Shown in pieces: positions 7,012 through 15,912 of a stretch of 64,000 nucleotides of DNA. Positions within the stretch are counted from its first letter, which is position 1; every line of letters begins with the position of its first letter. The notes beneath the pieces were generated by a model, which was given only the letters and a program-made list of their open reading frames with translations, ran no database searches and was not told the origin of the DNA. The DNA lies in NCBI GenBank assembly GCA_963702845.1, contig OY969763.1, positions 5,728,001 to 5,792,000 of the forward strand, read 5' to 3'. This stretch comes from an uncultured Verrucomicrobiae bacterium. GTDB lineage: Bacteria > Verrucomicrobiota > Verrucomicrobiia > Limisphaerales > Palsa-1400. The position numbers and the translations under genes were made by a program.

Positions 7012-9558
7012 ATGACAAAAAAGAACTTATGCTTCTTGGCCAGTTTGTTCGTGGCCGTATTTGGTCTCGTTCCCGGCGCGCTCGCCAGTGAGGCGGACAT
7101 CCATATTCCAGACCTGACGCAAGTGAGATTTGCTGGCTTGGGCGGCGTGAGCGGCGAGACGTTGATGTACGCTGGCATCGTTATCTGTTTTATTGGAGCC
7201 GTCTTCGGCTTGATCCAATACGTGCAGACGAAGGCTCTGCCGGTTCATTCGAGCATGGCCAACGTCTCCAACACCATTTGGGAGACTTGCAAAACGTATT
7301 TGTTCACCCAAGGCCGGTTCCTCGCGATCCTGTGGGTGCTGATTGCGGCGTGCATGGTGTATTACTTCATGGGCCTGCAACATGAAGCGCTCGGCAAGGT
7401 CATCGTTATTCTTCTGGCATCCATCCTCGGTATGTTGGGTTCGTACGGCGTGGCATGGTTCGGCATCCGCATTAACACCGTTGCCAACTCGCGCGCGGCG
7501 TTCTCTGCGCTTAAGGGCAACCCGCTGGCCACCCTCGGCATTCCGCTGCGTTCTGGAATGAGCGTCGGCTTGCTCCTCGTGGCGGTCGAACTCTTCTTCA
7601 TGATTTGCATTCTGATTTTCCTGCCTCGCGATCTCGTCGGACCTTGTTTCATCGGCTTCGCCATCGGCGAGTCTTTGGGCGCGAGCGTTTTGCGTATTTG
7701 CGGCGGTATTTTTACGAAGATCGCAGACATCGGTTCGGACTTGATGAAGATCGTCTTCAAATTGCCGGAAGATGATCCGAAGAATCCTGGTGTGATCGCG
7801 GATTGCACCGGTGACAACGCTGGCGACAGTGTCGGACCGACGGCGGATGGTTTCGAAACCTACGGTGTGACTGGTGTGGCGCTGATCGCATTCCTCGCGC
7901 TTGCCTTGGCCGCAACCCCTCAAATCACTGCCACGCTCATCATCTGGTTGTTCGTGATGCGCTCGTTGATGATTGTCACGTCCCTCATTTCTTATTTTGC
8001 AAACGAAGTCCTGAGCAAGAGTCTCTATGGAAGCAAAAAGGATTTCGATTTCGAAGCTCCCCTGACGCACCTGGTCTGGCTGACTTCGGCAGTTTCAATC
8101 GCAATTACGTTTATCGCCAGCAAAGTGTTGCTGGGCGATTTCAAAGATGGCGCGGGCGTTGCCCAACCAGACCTCTGGTGGGTTTTGTCGGTGATCATCA
8201 GTTGCGGAACGATCGCCGGCGCGCTCATTCCTGAGTTCACCAAAGTGTTCGTCAGCACGAACTCGCGACATGTCCGCGAAGTCACCAATTGCTCCAAACA
8301 TGGTGGCGCGTCGCTGAACATTCTGTCCGGTTTCGTCGCGGGTAACTTTTCCGCGTTCTGGATGGGCCTTTGCATCATGGTGCTGATGGCCGCGTCTTAT
8401 TACTTCTCGCAAAACCCGGCGCTGATGGGCTTGATGCCTGCGAAGTTCGCATTTGCCGCGCCGATTTTTGCGTTCGGTCTCGTCGCATTCGGATTCCTTG
8501 GCATGGGTCCGGTGACCATCGCCGTCGACAGCTACGGCCCCGTTACTGACAACGCTCAATCGGTCTATGAACTGAGCCAAATCGAAGGCCGTCCTGGCAT
8601 CGCCGCTGAAATCAAGAGCCAGTTTGGTTTCAATCCTGATTTCGAAAATGCGAAGCATCAGTTGGAAAAAGGTGACGGCGCAGGCAACACCTTTAAAGCG
8701 ACGGCCAAACCGGTGCTTATCGGCACGGCAGTCGTCGGCGCGACCACGATGGTGTTCGGCATCATCATGCTCTTGCAGAGGATGTATGAAATCCAATTGG
8801 CTTCCGGCCAAACCGGCATTTTTAAACCGGTGGTTGATGCGTTGAGCATCGTGCAGCCGGAAATCATCCTCGGCCTGATCATGGGCGGTTCAGTGATTTA
8901 CTGGTTCACCGGCGCTTCAACGCAAGCGGTCGTGACCGGCGCCTATCGCGCGGTGGTTTACATCAAAGAGAACATGAACCTCTCGGCGACGACGGCGTCG
9001 GAAAAGGACAGCAAAGAAGTCGTCCGCATCTGCACGGTTTACGCCCAGAAAGGCATGTGGAACATCTTCATCGTGGTGTTCTGCTTCGCGCTCGCGTTGC
9101 CGTTCTTCAATCCGTATTTCTTCATTGGTTACCTGATTGGTATCGCGTTCTTCGGACTGTTCCAGGCCATATTCATGGCGAACGCCGGTGGCGCATGGGA
9201 TAACGCAAAGAAAATCGTTGAAGTCGATCTCCGCCAAAAAGGTACCGAACTCCATGCGGCAACTGTCGTTGGTGATACTGTCGGTGATCCATTCAAAGAC
9301 ACTTCGTCGGTCGCTTTGAACCCGGTGATTAAGTTCACCACCTTGTTCGGTTTGCTCGCTGTTGAAATCGCAGTCACCATGAAGGACCAAGCGGTGAAGA
9401 CTGGCATCGGCGTAGTCTTCTTCGTCATCGCGCTCATCTTCGTTTATCGCTCGTTCTATTGCATGCGTATTCCCGAAGACACCGCCGCCGATGGCAACCT
9501 CGTTCTCCCGCACGACGTGCACGGGAAGAAAGAAGGCTTGGAAAAGTCGATGACCTAA
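7012..9558 (+). CDS. hppA: Membrane-bound ion-translocating pyrophosphatase (divergent clade, K+-independent signature)
   Basis: GGIFTKIADIGSDLMK..EDDPKNPGVIADCTGDNAGD, DSYGPVTDNA, GNTFKA, GGAWDNAKK, GDTVGDPFKDTS; many TM helices. Confidence 0.95.
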   Translation: MTKKNLCFLASLFVAVFGLVPGALASEADIHIPDLTQVRFAGLGGVSGETLMYAGIVICFIGAVFGLIQYVQTKALPVHSSMANVSNTIWETCKTYLFTQGRFLAILWVLIAACMVYYFMGLQHEALGKVIVILLASILGMLGSYGVAWFGIRINTVANSRAAFSALKGNPLATLGIPLRSGMSVGLLLVAVELFFMICILIFLPRDLVGPCFIGFAIGESLGASVLRICGGIFTKIADIGSDLMKIVFKLPEDDPKNPGVIADCTGDNAGDSVGPTADGFETYGVTGVALIAFLALALAATPQITATLIIWLFVMRSLMIVTSLISYFANEVLSKSLYGSKKDFDFEAPLTHLVWLTSAVSIAITFIASKVLLGDFKDGAGVAQPDLWWVLSVIISCGTIAGALIPEFTKVFVSTNSRHVREVTNCSKHGGASLNILSGFVAGNFSAFWMGLCIMVLMAASYYFSQNPALMGLMPAKFAFAAPIFAFGLVAFGFLGMGPVTIAVDSYGPVTDNAQSVYELSQIEGRPGIAAEIKSQFGFNPDFENAKHQLEKGDGAGNTFKATAKPVLIGTAVVGATTMVFGIIMLLQRMYEIQLASGQTGIFKPVVDALSIVQPEIILGLIMGGSVIYWFTGASTQAVVTGAYRAVVYIKENMNLSATTASEKDSKEVVRICTVYAQKGMWNIFIVVFCFALALPFFNPYFFIGYLIGIAFFGLFQAIFMANAGGAWDNAKKIVEVDLRQKGTELHAATVVGDTVGDPFKDTSSVALNPVIKFTTLFGLLAVEIAVTMKDQAVKTGIGVVFFVIALIFVYRSFYCMRIPEDTAADGNLVLPHDVHGKKEGLEKSMT

Positions 9559-9581
9559 TTCGGCAAACAATCTAAAACCAG

Positions 9582-9619
9582 AAACGGCCCCGATCGAAAG
9601 TCGGGGCCGTTTTGATTTT
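9582..9619 (+). terminator. Rho-independent terminator after hppA
   Basis: AAACGGCCCCGA-TCGAAAG-TCGGGGCCGTTT followed by a T-rich tail. Confidence 0.85.
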
Positions 9620-9630
9620 GAGAATCACCG

Positions 9631-12600
9631 TTGCGGTTCTGCTGCATTTGTCGTTGTCTTATGGCTTCGTCGATGAACTCAACACTGATGCGCTGGATCT
9701 ACGGATTGATTTACTTCATTGCAACAACTGTGCTGGTTGTTGGAGCTGAACCTGCGACCAGTAACCTTCTTACAGCGATCCCGGCCGGTTATCACCTCCA
9801 GGCTTATGATGATTGCGGCACAGAGGGGCGCCAACCGCATGTGTTGATGAAGGACTGCTACTTTTTCACCTTCAGCACTGGTGACACTGATGCCGGCCCC
9901 AAAGAACGCTCAGCCGTTTTCAGCTATAAAGGAATCCAAGCCGTCTATACCAACCTCGACCCAAAACTCTCCTATGTGCTCGCCCTGACGTATGCAAGCG
10001 ACCACGTTTACAAACGCGTTCAAAGCCTCGAAGCCAATGGCGTCGTTCTTCATGGGCCTTATGCTTTGCCAAAAGCCAAGGCGACTCGCGTCATTGTCAA
10101 AGTGCCCGCCGAAGCCATTCGTGATGGCAAAATGACTCTGTCATGGAAAATCCACGGTGAAGTCAACGCGACAGTTTCCATCATCGAGCTTTGGGCCAAT
10201 GCGCCAGCCAAAGGCAGTCTCGACTTCACCGCCCTCGCTGGATTGGCGTCGTGGTTCGATGGCCAGGTGATTGATCTCACCTACGACGGTGTGGCCGGAG
10301 CCAGAGTCACCCTGTCTGGCTCAAACCGAAAGACAATCGCCACGACTAATACCGGTCCAGATGGACTTTTTAGTTTTAGCCGCAAAGCGGTGGAATCGCT
10401 CGGCTCTAACGGCGAAATCATTTTGACCGCAGAACACGATGACCAAAACGGCCAAACAAAACTGAGCGCGAAAAATTTATTTTTCGAACCGGTGCATTAT
10501 CGCCCCCTTCCCAGCAAGACTGCAGGCGTCAGCAAAAACAGCCTGCTCTTAAATGGCGCATGGGTAATCAGAACGAACTCAGCGGTAGATTCGACATGGA
10601 AACCATTTCAAGTGCCCGGCCAATTCTTGCAGCAAGGATTCGACATTCCGCAGGACAAACCTGTGGCGTTAGCCAGGGAATTTGTTGTTCCAAAAGATTG
10701 GAACGGCAAAAAGATCATTCTGCGCTTCGACGCGGTTCATGGCGGTACGCGCTATTGGCTCAACGGCCACGAGCTCGGTTACAGCGAAAACCTTTTCACG
10801 CCTGTCGAATGGGACATCACCGGCGACGTAAAGTGCGGCCAGAAAAACCGGCTTGACCTCGAAATTAAAGTCGCGACTGTTTCGGAAGCGCTCTCTTATT
10901 CATCTGCCTACGCGTTCCACAATCTCGGCGGCATCGATCGTTCGGTGCGTGTCTTCGCTTTGCCACCAATTCACGTCCGTCAGATGCACGTAAACGCCGA
11001 TCTTGATGGACATTACTGCGACGGAACGTTGCATTTGAGTCTTGGTGTGGAAAGCACCAGCGAGCGCGCTGAAAACATTTTGGTCTCCATTAAACTGACC
11101 GACCCGGCCGGAAAAACAATTCACCATTCCCACCCCGTCACAAACGTCGAATCATTCCAAGGTTCCGGGACAGTCGAGGTTTCAAGTCGTGTGACCAATC
11201 CACTGCAATGGAGCGCCGAGAAACCAAACCTTTATCACCTCACGCTCGAGCTGCAACAACGCGGCAAACTCCTCGAACGAATCGAGCGCGAGATTGGTTT
11301 CCGCAAAATTGAAATTCGCGACCGCCAATTACTTGTGAACGGCAAGAAAGTAAAACTGGCTGGAGCCTGTCATCACGAATTCGACCCGCTCACGGGCCGC
11401 GCGAATACTGCCATCCACGCCGAAGAGGATGTCCGTCTGCTCAAGGAGGCAAACCTCAATCTGATCCGCACATCGCATTACCCGCCCACCGCCGAACTCC
11501 TCGATGCTGCCGATCGCATTGGCATGTACGTCGAAAGCGAAGCCCCGTTTTGCTGGGTCGGTGGCGGGCTGGACACCCCGACAAATCTTGATGCGACGCT
11601 TATTCCTACCTCGGCGATGATCGATTACAACCACAGTCATCCCAGCGTTCTCTTCTGGTCCCTGGCGAACGAGTCGCATTTCAATTTGCAATTTTTCCGC
11701 TCCGCTAAAATGTGCAAGGAGTTGGACCCAACGCGGCCCACGACATTTAATTTCGATTTTGCCAACAACCCGCTATGCGCCATCACCGACATCGCCAACT
11801 GGCATTATCCGCCGCCTTCTTTCGAGGATGTTTATCGCAACGACCCGCGCCCGGTTTATTTCGGCGAATACCTTTTTCCGATCTGCCACGAACAAACCGA
11901 TGTCCGCATCGATCCGGGACTGCGCGAGTTGTGGGGACAAGGTCAGACCGAGACGAACTCGGCCTTCGCTAAAGCATTGTTTGAGGATTCCAAAAAGCCA
12001 CCGATCAAACCCGGCCTCGTTCCCGGCGGCTGGACTTCGATTCAACATTCCGACCACTTGATCGGCGGCTCAATTTGGGCATCGCACGATGAAGATTTTT
12101 ATATCTCTGAAACAAATCATGTCGGCTACGCGTTTCATCACGGCTACTGGGGATTGATCGACGTGTGGCGCAGACCCAAACCCGAATGGTGGTTGGCACG
12201 GCATATCTTCAGCCCGATCTGGCTTGAGACCCGGCACCTCAATTTCGTTCCTGGTCAAAAGACGATCCGAGTGCCTGTGGAAAACCGTTATTCGTTTACA
12301 GATTTCAACGAACTGAATTTCGCCTGGCAAATCGGCGATCACAAAGGACGCCTCCATCCAAATCTTGCTCCGGGCGCTGACGGCGAATTAGAAATACCCG
12401 TTCCTCACGGTACCAAAAACGGTGATCAACTCCTGCTCCACGTCACCGCCCGCGACGGGCAAATTGTTGAAGAGTGCGCCGTCCGACTTGGAAACGAAAA
12501 TTCAGTACCACTGCTCAAGGCAACTTCTGGCGCACCGCGTTTTGTCGATGAGGGTAATAAAATCGTCGTGCAAGGCAATGGCTTCGGCCTCGTCTTTAGC

Positions 12601-13347
12601 AAGACAAAGGGAGATTTCGACGCGAGTGATTCGCGCCACACGGCAGCCGTCATTTCATTCCCGGCGCCTCATGTCACTCGCTACGATTTTGGCGACCTCA
12701 ACGGTCCCAACTCGCCACCTTACGCGGTTTTTCCTGAACTCGATACCCATCGATTCGAACGGATCGAAGTAAAAGAAGAACCCGTCGGACTCCGCTTAAT
12801 CGTGCACGACCGTTACAAAAACTTTAGCGGATCGACATCGTGGCTGATTGATAATGACGGCCGCGGCGTTGTGTCCTGCGACTACAAATATTCCGGCCCG
12901 ACGATGGACACCCGCGAAGCCGGGATTCGACTTTTGCTGAACGCAGCGTGCGATGAAGTCAAATGGCGGCGCTGGTCCGAGTGGGGCGTTTTTCCAAAAG
13001 AAGATATCAGCCGCACCGAAGGTTCGGCAAAAGCCCACCGTGACCCAAAACTCCGCCTGGCGCGGTGGAACCAACGGCCGGTGTGGCCATGGGCTTTGGA
13101 CGAAACGGAACTTGGGACCGCCGATTTTCGCTCCGTTAAATTTAATATTTATGAAGCTGGCCTAAGGTCGCCTAACGGCAACGGTCTGGTTTTGCACGCG
13201 AACGCCGATGCCCATTTCCGCGCGGCACTGACGCCCGGTGGTGTTGAAGGATTCTTACTGTCGCGCTGTAGCCTCGGACAAGTTCCGCTGACCGCCAACG
13301 ATCATGTGAAAGGGGAGTTTGTCGTGCAACTCCTGCCGCGGCGCTAA
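9631..13347 (+). CDS. Glycoside hydrolase family 2 (beta-galactosidase-like) with extra N-terminal domains; true start probably 9661-9688
   Basis: ILRFDAV..YWLNG, WSAEKPNLY, IGFRKIEI, LAGACHHE, NLIRTSHYPP, NHPS-like HSHPSVLFWSLANES (acid/base), YFGEY (nucleophile). Confidence 0.9.
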   Translation: MRFCCICRCLMASSMNSTLMRWIYGLIYFIATTVLVVGAEPATSNLLTAIPAGYHLQAYDDCGTEGRQPHVLMKDCYFFTFSTGDTDAGPKERSAVFSYKGIQAVYTNLDPKLSYVLALTYASDHVYKRVQSLEANGVVLHGPYALPKAKATRVIVKVPAEAIRDGKMTLSWKIHGEVNATVSIIELWANAPAKGSLDFTALAGLASWFDGQVIDLTYDGVAGARVTLSGSNRKTIATTNTGPDGLFSFSRKAVESLGSNGEIILTAEHDDQNGQTKLSAKNLFFEPVHYRPLPSKTAGVSKNSLLLNGAWVIRTNSAVDSTWKPFQVPGQFLQQGFDIPQDKPVALAREFVVPKDWNGKKIILRFDAVHGGTRYWLNGHELGYSENLFTPVEWDITGDVKCGQKNRLDLEIKVATVSEALSYSSAYAFHNLGGIDRSVRVFALPPIHVRQMHVNADLDGHYCDGTLHLSLGVESTSERAENILVSIKLTDPAGKTIHHSHPVTNVESFQGSGTVEVSSRVTNPLQWSAEKPNLYHLTLELQQRGKLLERIEREIGFRKIEIRDRQLLVNGKKVKLAGACHHEFDPLTGRANTAIHAEEDVRLLKEANLNLIRTSHYPPTAELLDAADRIGMYVESEAPFCWVGGGLDTPTNLDATLIPTSAMIDYNHSHPSVLFWSLANESHFNLQFFRSAKMCKELDPTRPTTFNFDFANNPLCAITDIANWHYPPPSFEDVYRNDPRPVYFGEYLFPICHEQTDVRIDPGLRELWGQGQTETNSAFAKALFEDSKKPPIKPGLVPGGWTSIQHSDHLIGGSIWASHDEDFYISETNHVGYAFHHGYWGLIDVWRRPKPEWWLARHIFSPIWLETRHLNFVPGQKTIRVPVENRYSFTDFNELNFAWQIGDHKGRLHPNLAPGADGELEIPVPHGTKNGDQLLLHVTARDGQIVEECAVRLGNENSVPLLKATSGAPRFVDEGNKIVVQGNGFGLVFSKTKGDFDASDSRHTAAVISFPAPHVTRYDFGDLNGPNSPPYAVFPELDTHRFERIEVKEEPVGLRLIVHDRYKNFSGSTSWLIDNDGRGVVSCDYKYSGPTMDTREAGIRLLLNAACDEVKWRRWSEWGVFPKEDISRTEGSAKAHRDPKLRLARWNQRPVWPWALDETELGTADFRSVKFNIYEAGLRSPNGNGLVLHANADAHFRAALTPGGVEGFLLSRCSLGQVPLTANDHVKGEFVVQLLPRR

Positions 13348-13372
13348 ATTTGAAAAGTCCGCGGCAGAATTA

Positions 13373-13828
13373 CTACCGGTCTTTTGACCGATGCATTGTG
13401 GCGCGTTTTAGTTCGCGGTCTGATTCCCGCTGCTTGATGTCATCGCGCTTGTCGTGTTGCAACTTGCCTTTGCCGACGCCAATCAAAATCTTCACGCGTC
13501 CATTCTTCCAATACATCGTGAGCGCGACGAGCGTGTTGCCTTTGACCGAAGCGAGCCCGAACAGTTTGCGGATTTCAGATTTGTGAAGGAGCAGCTTGCG
13601 CGGTGCCTTCGGGACGTGGCCAAAGATATTGGCCTGCGAGTATTCGCCGATGTGGGCGTTGTAGAGCCAGACTTCGTCCTTGTCGACGCGCGCGAACGCA
13701 TCGCTGATTTGCGCCCTGCCGGCGCGAAGTGATTTGACCTCCGAGCCCTTGAGCACAATGCCGGCCTCGAATGTCTCAGAAATGAAATAATCGTGCCGCG
13801 CCTTGGGATTGTTGAGGATTTCCGCCAC
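13373..13828 (-). CDS. smpB: SsrA-binding protein SmpB
   Basis: NPKARHDYFISETFEAGIVLKGSEVKSLR..RKLLLHKSEI..GKGKLQHDKR. Confidence 0.97.
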   Translation of the reverse strand: MAEILNNPKARHDYFISETFEAGIVLKGSEVKSLRAGRAQISDAFARVDKDEVWLYNAHIGEYSQANIFGHVPKAPRKLLLHKSEIRKLFGLASVKGNTLVALTMYWKNGRVKILIGVGKGKLQHDKRDDIKQRESDRELKRATMHRSKDR

Positions 13829-13851
13829 GGCGCGCGATCCTTCGCTAGCTC

Positions 13852-14112
13852 TTACTTCTTGCCGCCGCGCTTTTTGGGCGTGGCTTCAATTTCCTCTTCA
13901 GCTTGAGGATCGGCGACCCAATCCATCTTGCCTTCAATGATTTCCAAAAGCGCGGTGTCGGCAGCACCGGTTCCGGGCGCTACTTCCAGCAGGGGACGGC
14001 TGCTGGCGCCGCCTACCGAGGTAAGTTGTCGCACCCGGCGAGACACGAGGTTAATCAGCACGTTTGTGTTGCCTACCTTCGCCAAAGCCTGTTTCATCAA
14101 TTCACTATTCAC
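13852..14112 (-). CDS. rpoZ: RNA polymerase omega subunit
   Basis: ALAKVGNTNVLINLVSRRVRQL..ALLEIIEGK matches the omega motif; 86 aa; upstream of smpB. Confidence 0.8.
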   Translation of the reverse strand: MNSELMKQALAKVGNTNVLINLVSRRVRQLTSVGGASSRPLLEVAPGTGAADTALLEIIEGKMDWVADPQAEEEIEATPKKRGGKK

Positions 14113-14298
14113 GAGCCCGGTAAGTTACTCGGTAAGGCTTTCTACGCAACCTAAAAAACTAGTGACAATTTGTAGCCGTTGACCTGAAGAGGTGGTCGTG
14201 ACCACTAGCCGGCTCCCCCGTTGTTGCCTCGACACCTACGAAAAGTGAGTTTTCGCTTGTTAAGTCCGCGCGTGACCGCGTACAAACCTACGTCGCAA

Positions 14299-15204
14299 AT
14301 GGCATCTAAAACCAATCGCACATTTGATTTATCCGCTTACCTCGACCGGGTTACCAAAACCGTCGATGGCGGCCTCGACAGACTGCTGCCGTCCGCCACA
14401 ACGAAGCCCGCCACCATCCACAAAGCGATGCGCTACTCGCTCTTTGCGGGTGGCAAGCGCATGCGCCCGGCGCTAACCCTCGCTGCCGCGGACGCGTGTG
14501 GCGGCAAATGGAGCGACACACTGCCATTAGCCTGCGCCGTCGAGTGCATTCACACTTACTCGCTGATTCACGACGACTTGCCTGCAATGGATAACGACGA
14601 TTTTCGTCGCGGCAAACCGACCAATCATAAAGTTTTCGGCGAAGGAATTGCGGTTCTCGCTGGTGACGCTTTGCTTACCGAAGCATTCGCGCTCGCTGCA
14701 AAAGCCAGAGGCTGGCCACGCTACTCCCACCAACAAATCGTGGCCGAACTGGCTTATGCGGCCGGTTCCCTGCAACTGATCGCCGGTCAGGTCGCCGATT
14801 TGGAAGGGGAGGGGAAGAAGACCTCGGCTGAACAACTTCGTTACATTCACGAGCGCAAAACGTCGGCGCTGCTTTGCGCTTCCGCGCGCCTCGGCGGCAT
14901 GAGCGCCAACTGCACTGCGGCGGAACTCAAAGCACTCACGGATTTCGGCTATCACGTCGGACTCGCGTTCCAGGTCATCGATGACATCCTCGACGTGACG
15001 AAGACCACGGAAGAACTTGGCAAAACCGCCGGCAAAGATGTCGCTGCCCAAAAAGCGACCTACCCCTCGATCGTCGGTTTAGAGAAGTCTCGGAAGATCG
15101 CCGCCGACCTCACCGACAAAGCCTTCGCCAGCCTTAAGCCATTTAAAGGTAAAGCCCGCGCGCTCGAAGCACTCGCGCAGTATCTTTTAAAGCGCCAGAG
15201 CTGA
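14299..15204 (+). CDS. ispA: Farnesyl/geranylgeranyl diphosphate synthase (polyprenyl synthetase)
   Basis: GGKRMRP, FARM LIHDDLPAMDNDDFRRGKPT, SARM FQVIDDILD, GKTAGKD..KATYP. Confidence 0.92.
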   Translation: MASKTNRTFDLSAYLDRVTKTVDGGLDRLLPSATTKPATIHKAMRYSLFAGGKRMRPALTLAAADACGGKWSDTLPLACAVECIHTYSLIHDDLPAMDNDDFRRGKPTNHKVFGEGIAVLAGDALLTEAFALAAKARGWPRYSHQQIVAELAYAAGSLQLIAGQVADLEGEGKKTSAEQLRYIHERKTSALLCASARLGGMSANCTAAELKALTDFGYHVGLAFQVIDDILDVTKTTEELGKTAGKDVAAQKATYPSIVGLEKSRKIAADLTDKAFASLKPFKGKARALEALAQYLLKRQS

Positions 15205-15294
15205 CCACGGTTCTGTCGATGGGTGGTTGAAGTTCCAAACCCCCCTCGTTTTTGTAATGGCGCAAACTCCGCCGTGGAGTAACCATTCGCTCAT

Positions 15295-15867
15295 ATGGTA
15301 CCGATATTACTCATCATTCTATTGGCGATTATTGCTGTTGTCATAATCGTGGCGCTGTTTGGTGTCGGTATCTACAACCGTCTGATTCAGCTCCGGCAGA
15401 TGGTGAAAAATGCGTGGTCGCAGATCGACGTGCAGCTCAAACGTCGTCACGACCTCATCCCCAATCTCGTTAACACTGTCAAAGGCTACGCCGCGCACGA
15501 AAAAGGCACGCTAGACGCGGTGATTTCTGCCCGCGCCAAAGCCACCAGTGCGACGATCCCGGCCGACCGGATCAAAGCGGAAGGCGAACTGAGTGGCGCG
15601 CTAGGCCGTTTGCTCGCCGTTTCCGAAGCGTATCCGAACCTGAAGGCCAATGAAAATTTCCTCGGTCTGCAAAACGAATTGCGCGGGACGGAAGATCGCA
15701 TTGCCTTCTCGCGCCAGGCCTACAACGATTCCGTGCAACAATTCAACACTTCGATTCAAACGTTTCCCGCGGTGTTGTTCGCTGCGTTTTTGGGTTTCAA
15801 AGAAGAGCCGTTTTTCGAAACGCCTGCTGAAGAAAAAGAAGCGCCGAAGGTCGACTTCGGCGCTTAA
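15295..15867 (+). CDS. lemA: LemA family protein
   Basis: N-terminal TM; YNRL..NAWSQIDVQLKRRHDLIPNLVNTVKGYAAHE..EAYPNLKANENF..TEDRIAFSRQAYN. Confidence 0.93.
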   Translation: MVPILLIILLAIIAVVIIVALFGVGIYNRLIQLRQMVKNAWSQIDVQLKRRHDLIPNLVNTVKGYAAHEKGTLDAVISARAKATSATIPADRIKAEGELSGALGRLLAVSEAYPNLKANENFLGLQNELRGTEDRIAFSRQAYNDSVQQFNTSIQTFPAVLFAAFLGFKEEPFFETPAEEKEAPKVDFGA

Positions 15868-15883
15868 TCAAAAGCGAACTTTC

Positions 15884-15910
15884 AACGCTCCGCTATGGCG
15901 GAGCGTTTTT
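15884..15910. terminator. Terminator hairpin between the convergent lemA and protease genes
   Basis: AACGCTCCGC-TATG-GCGGAGCGTT followed by TTT. Confidence 0.75.
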
Positions 15911-15912
15911 GT

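Noticed and set aside
13347..14299. tmRNA (ssrA) or tRNA near smpB
   Set aside because: Intergenic gaps are too short, and no tRNA-like acceptor/T-arm ending in CCA was found.
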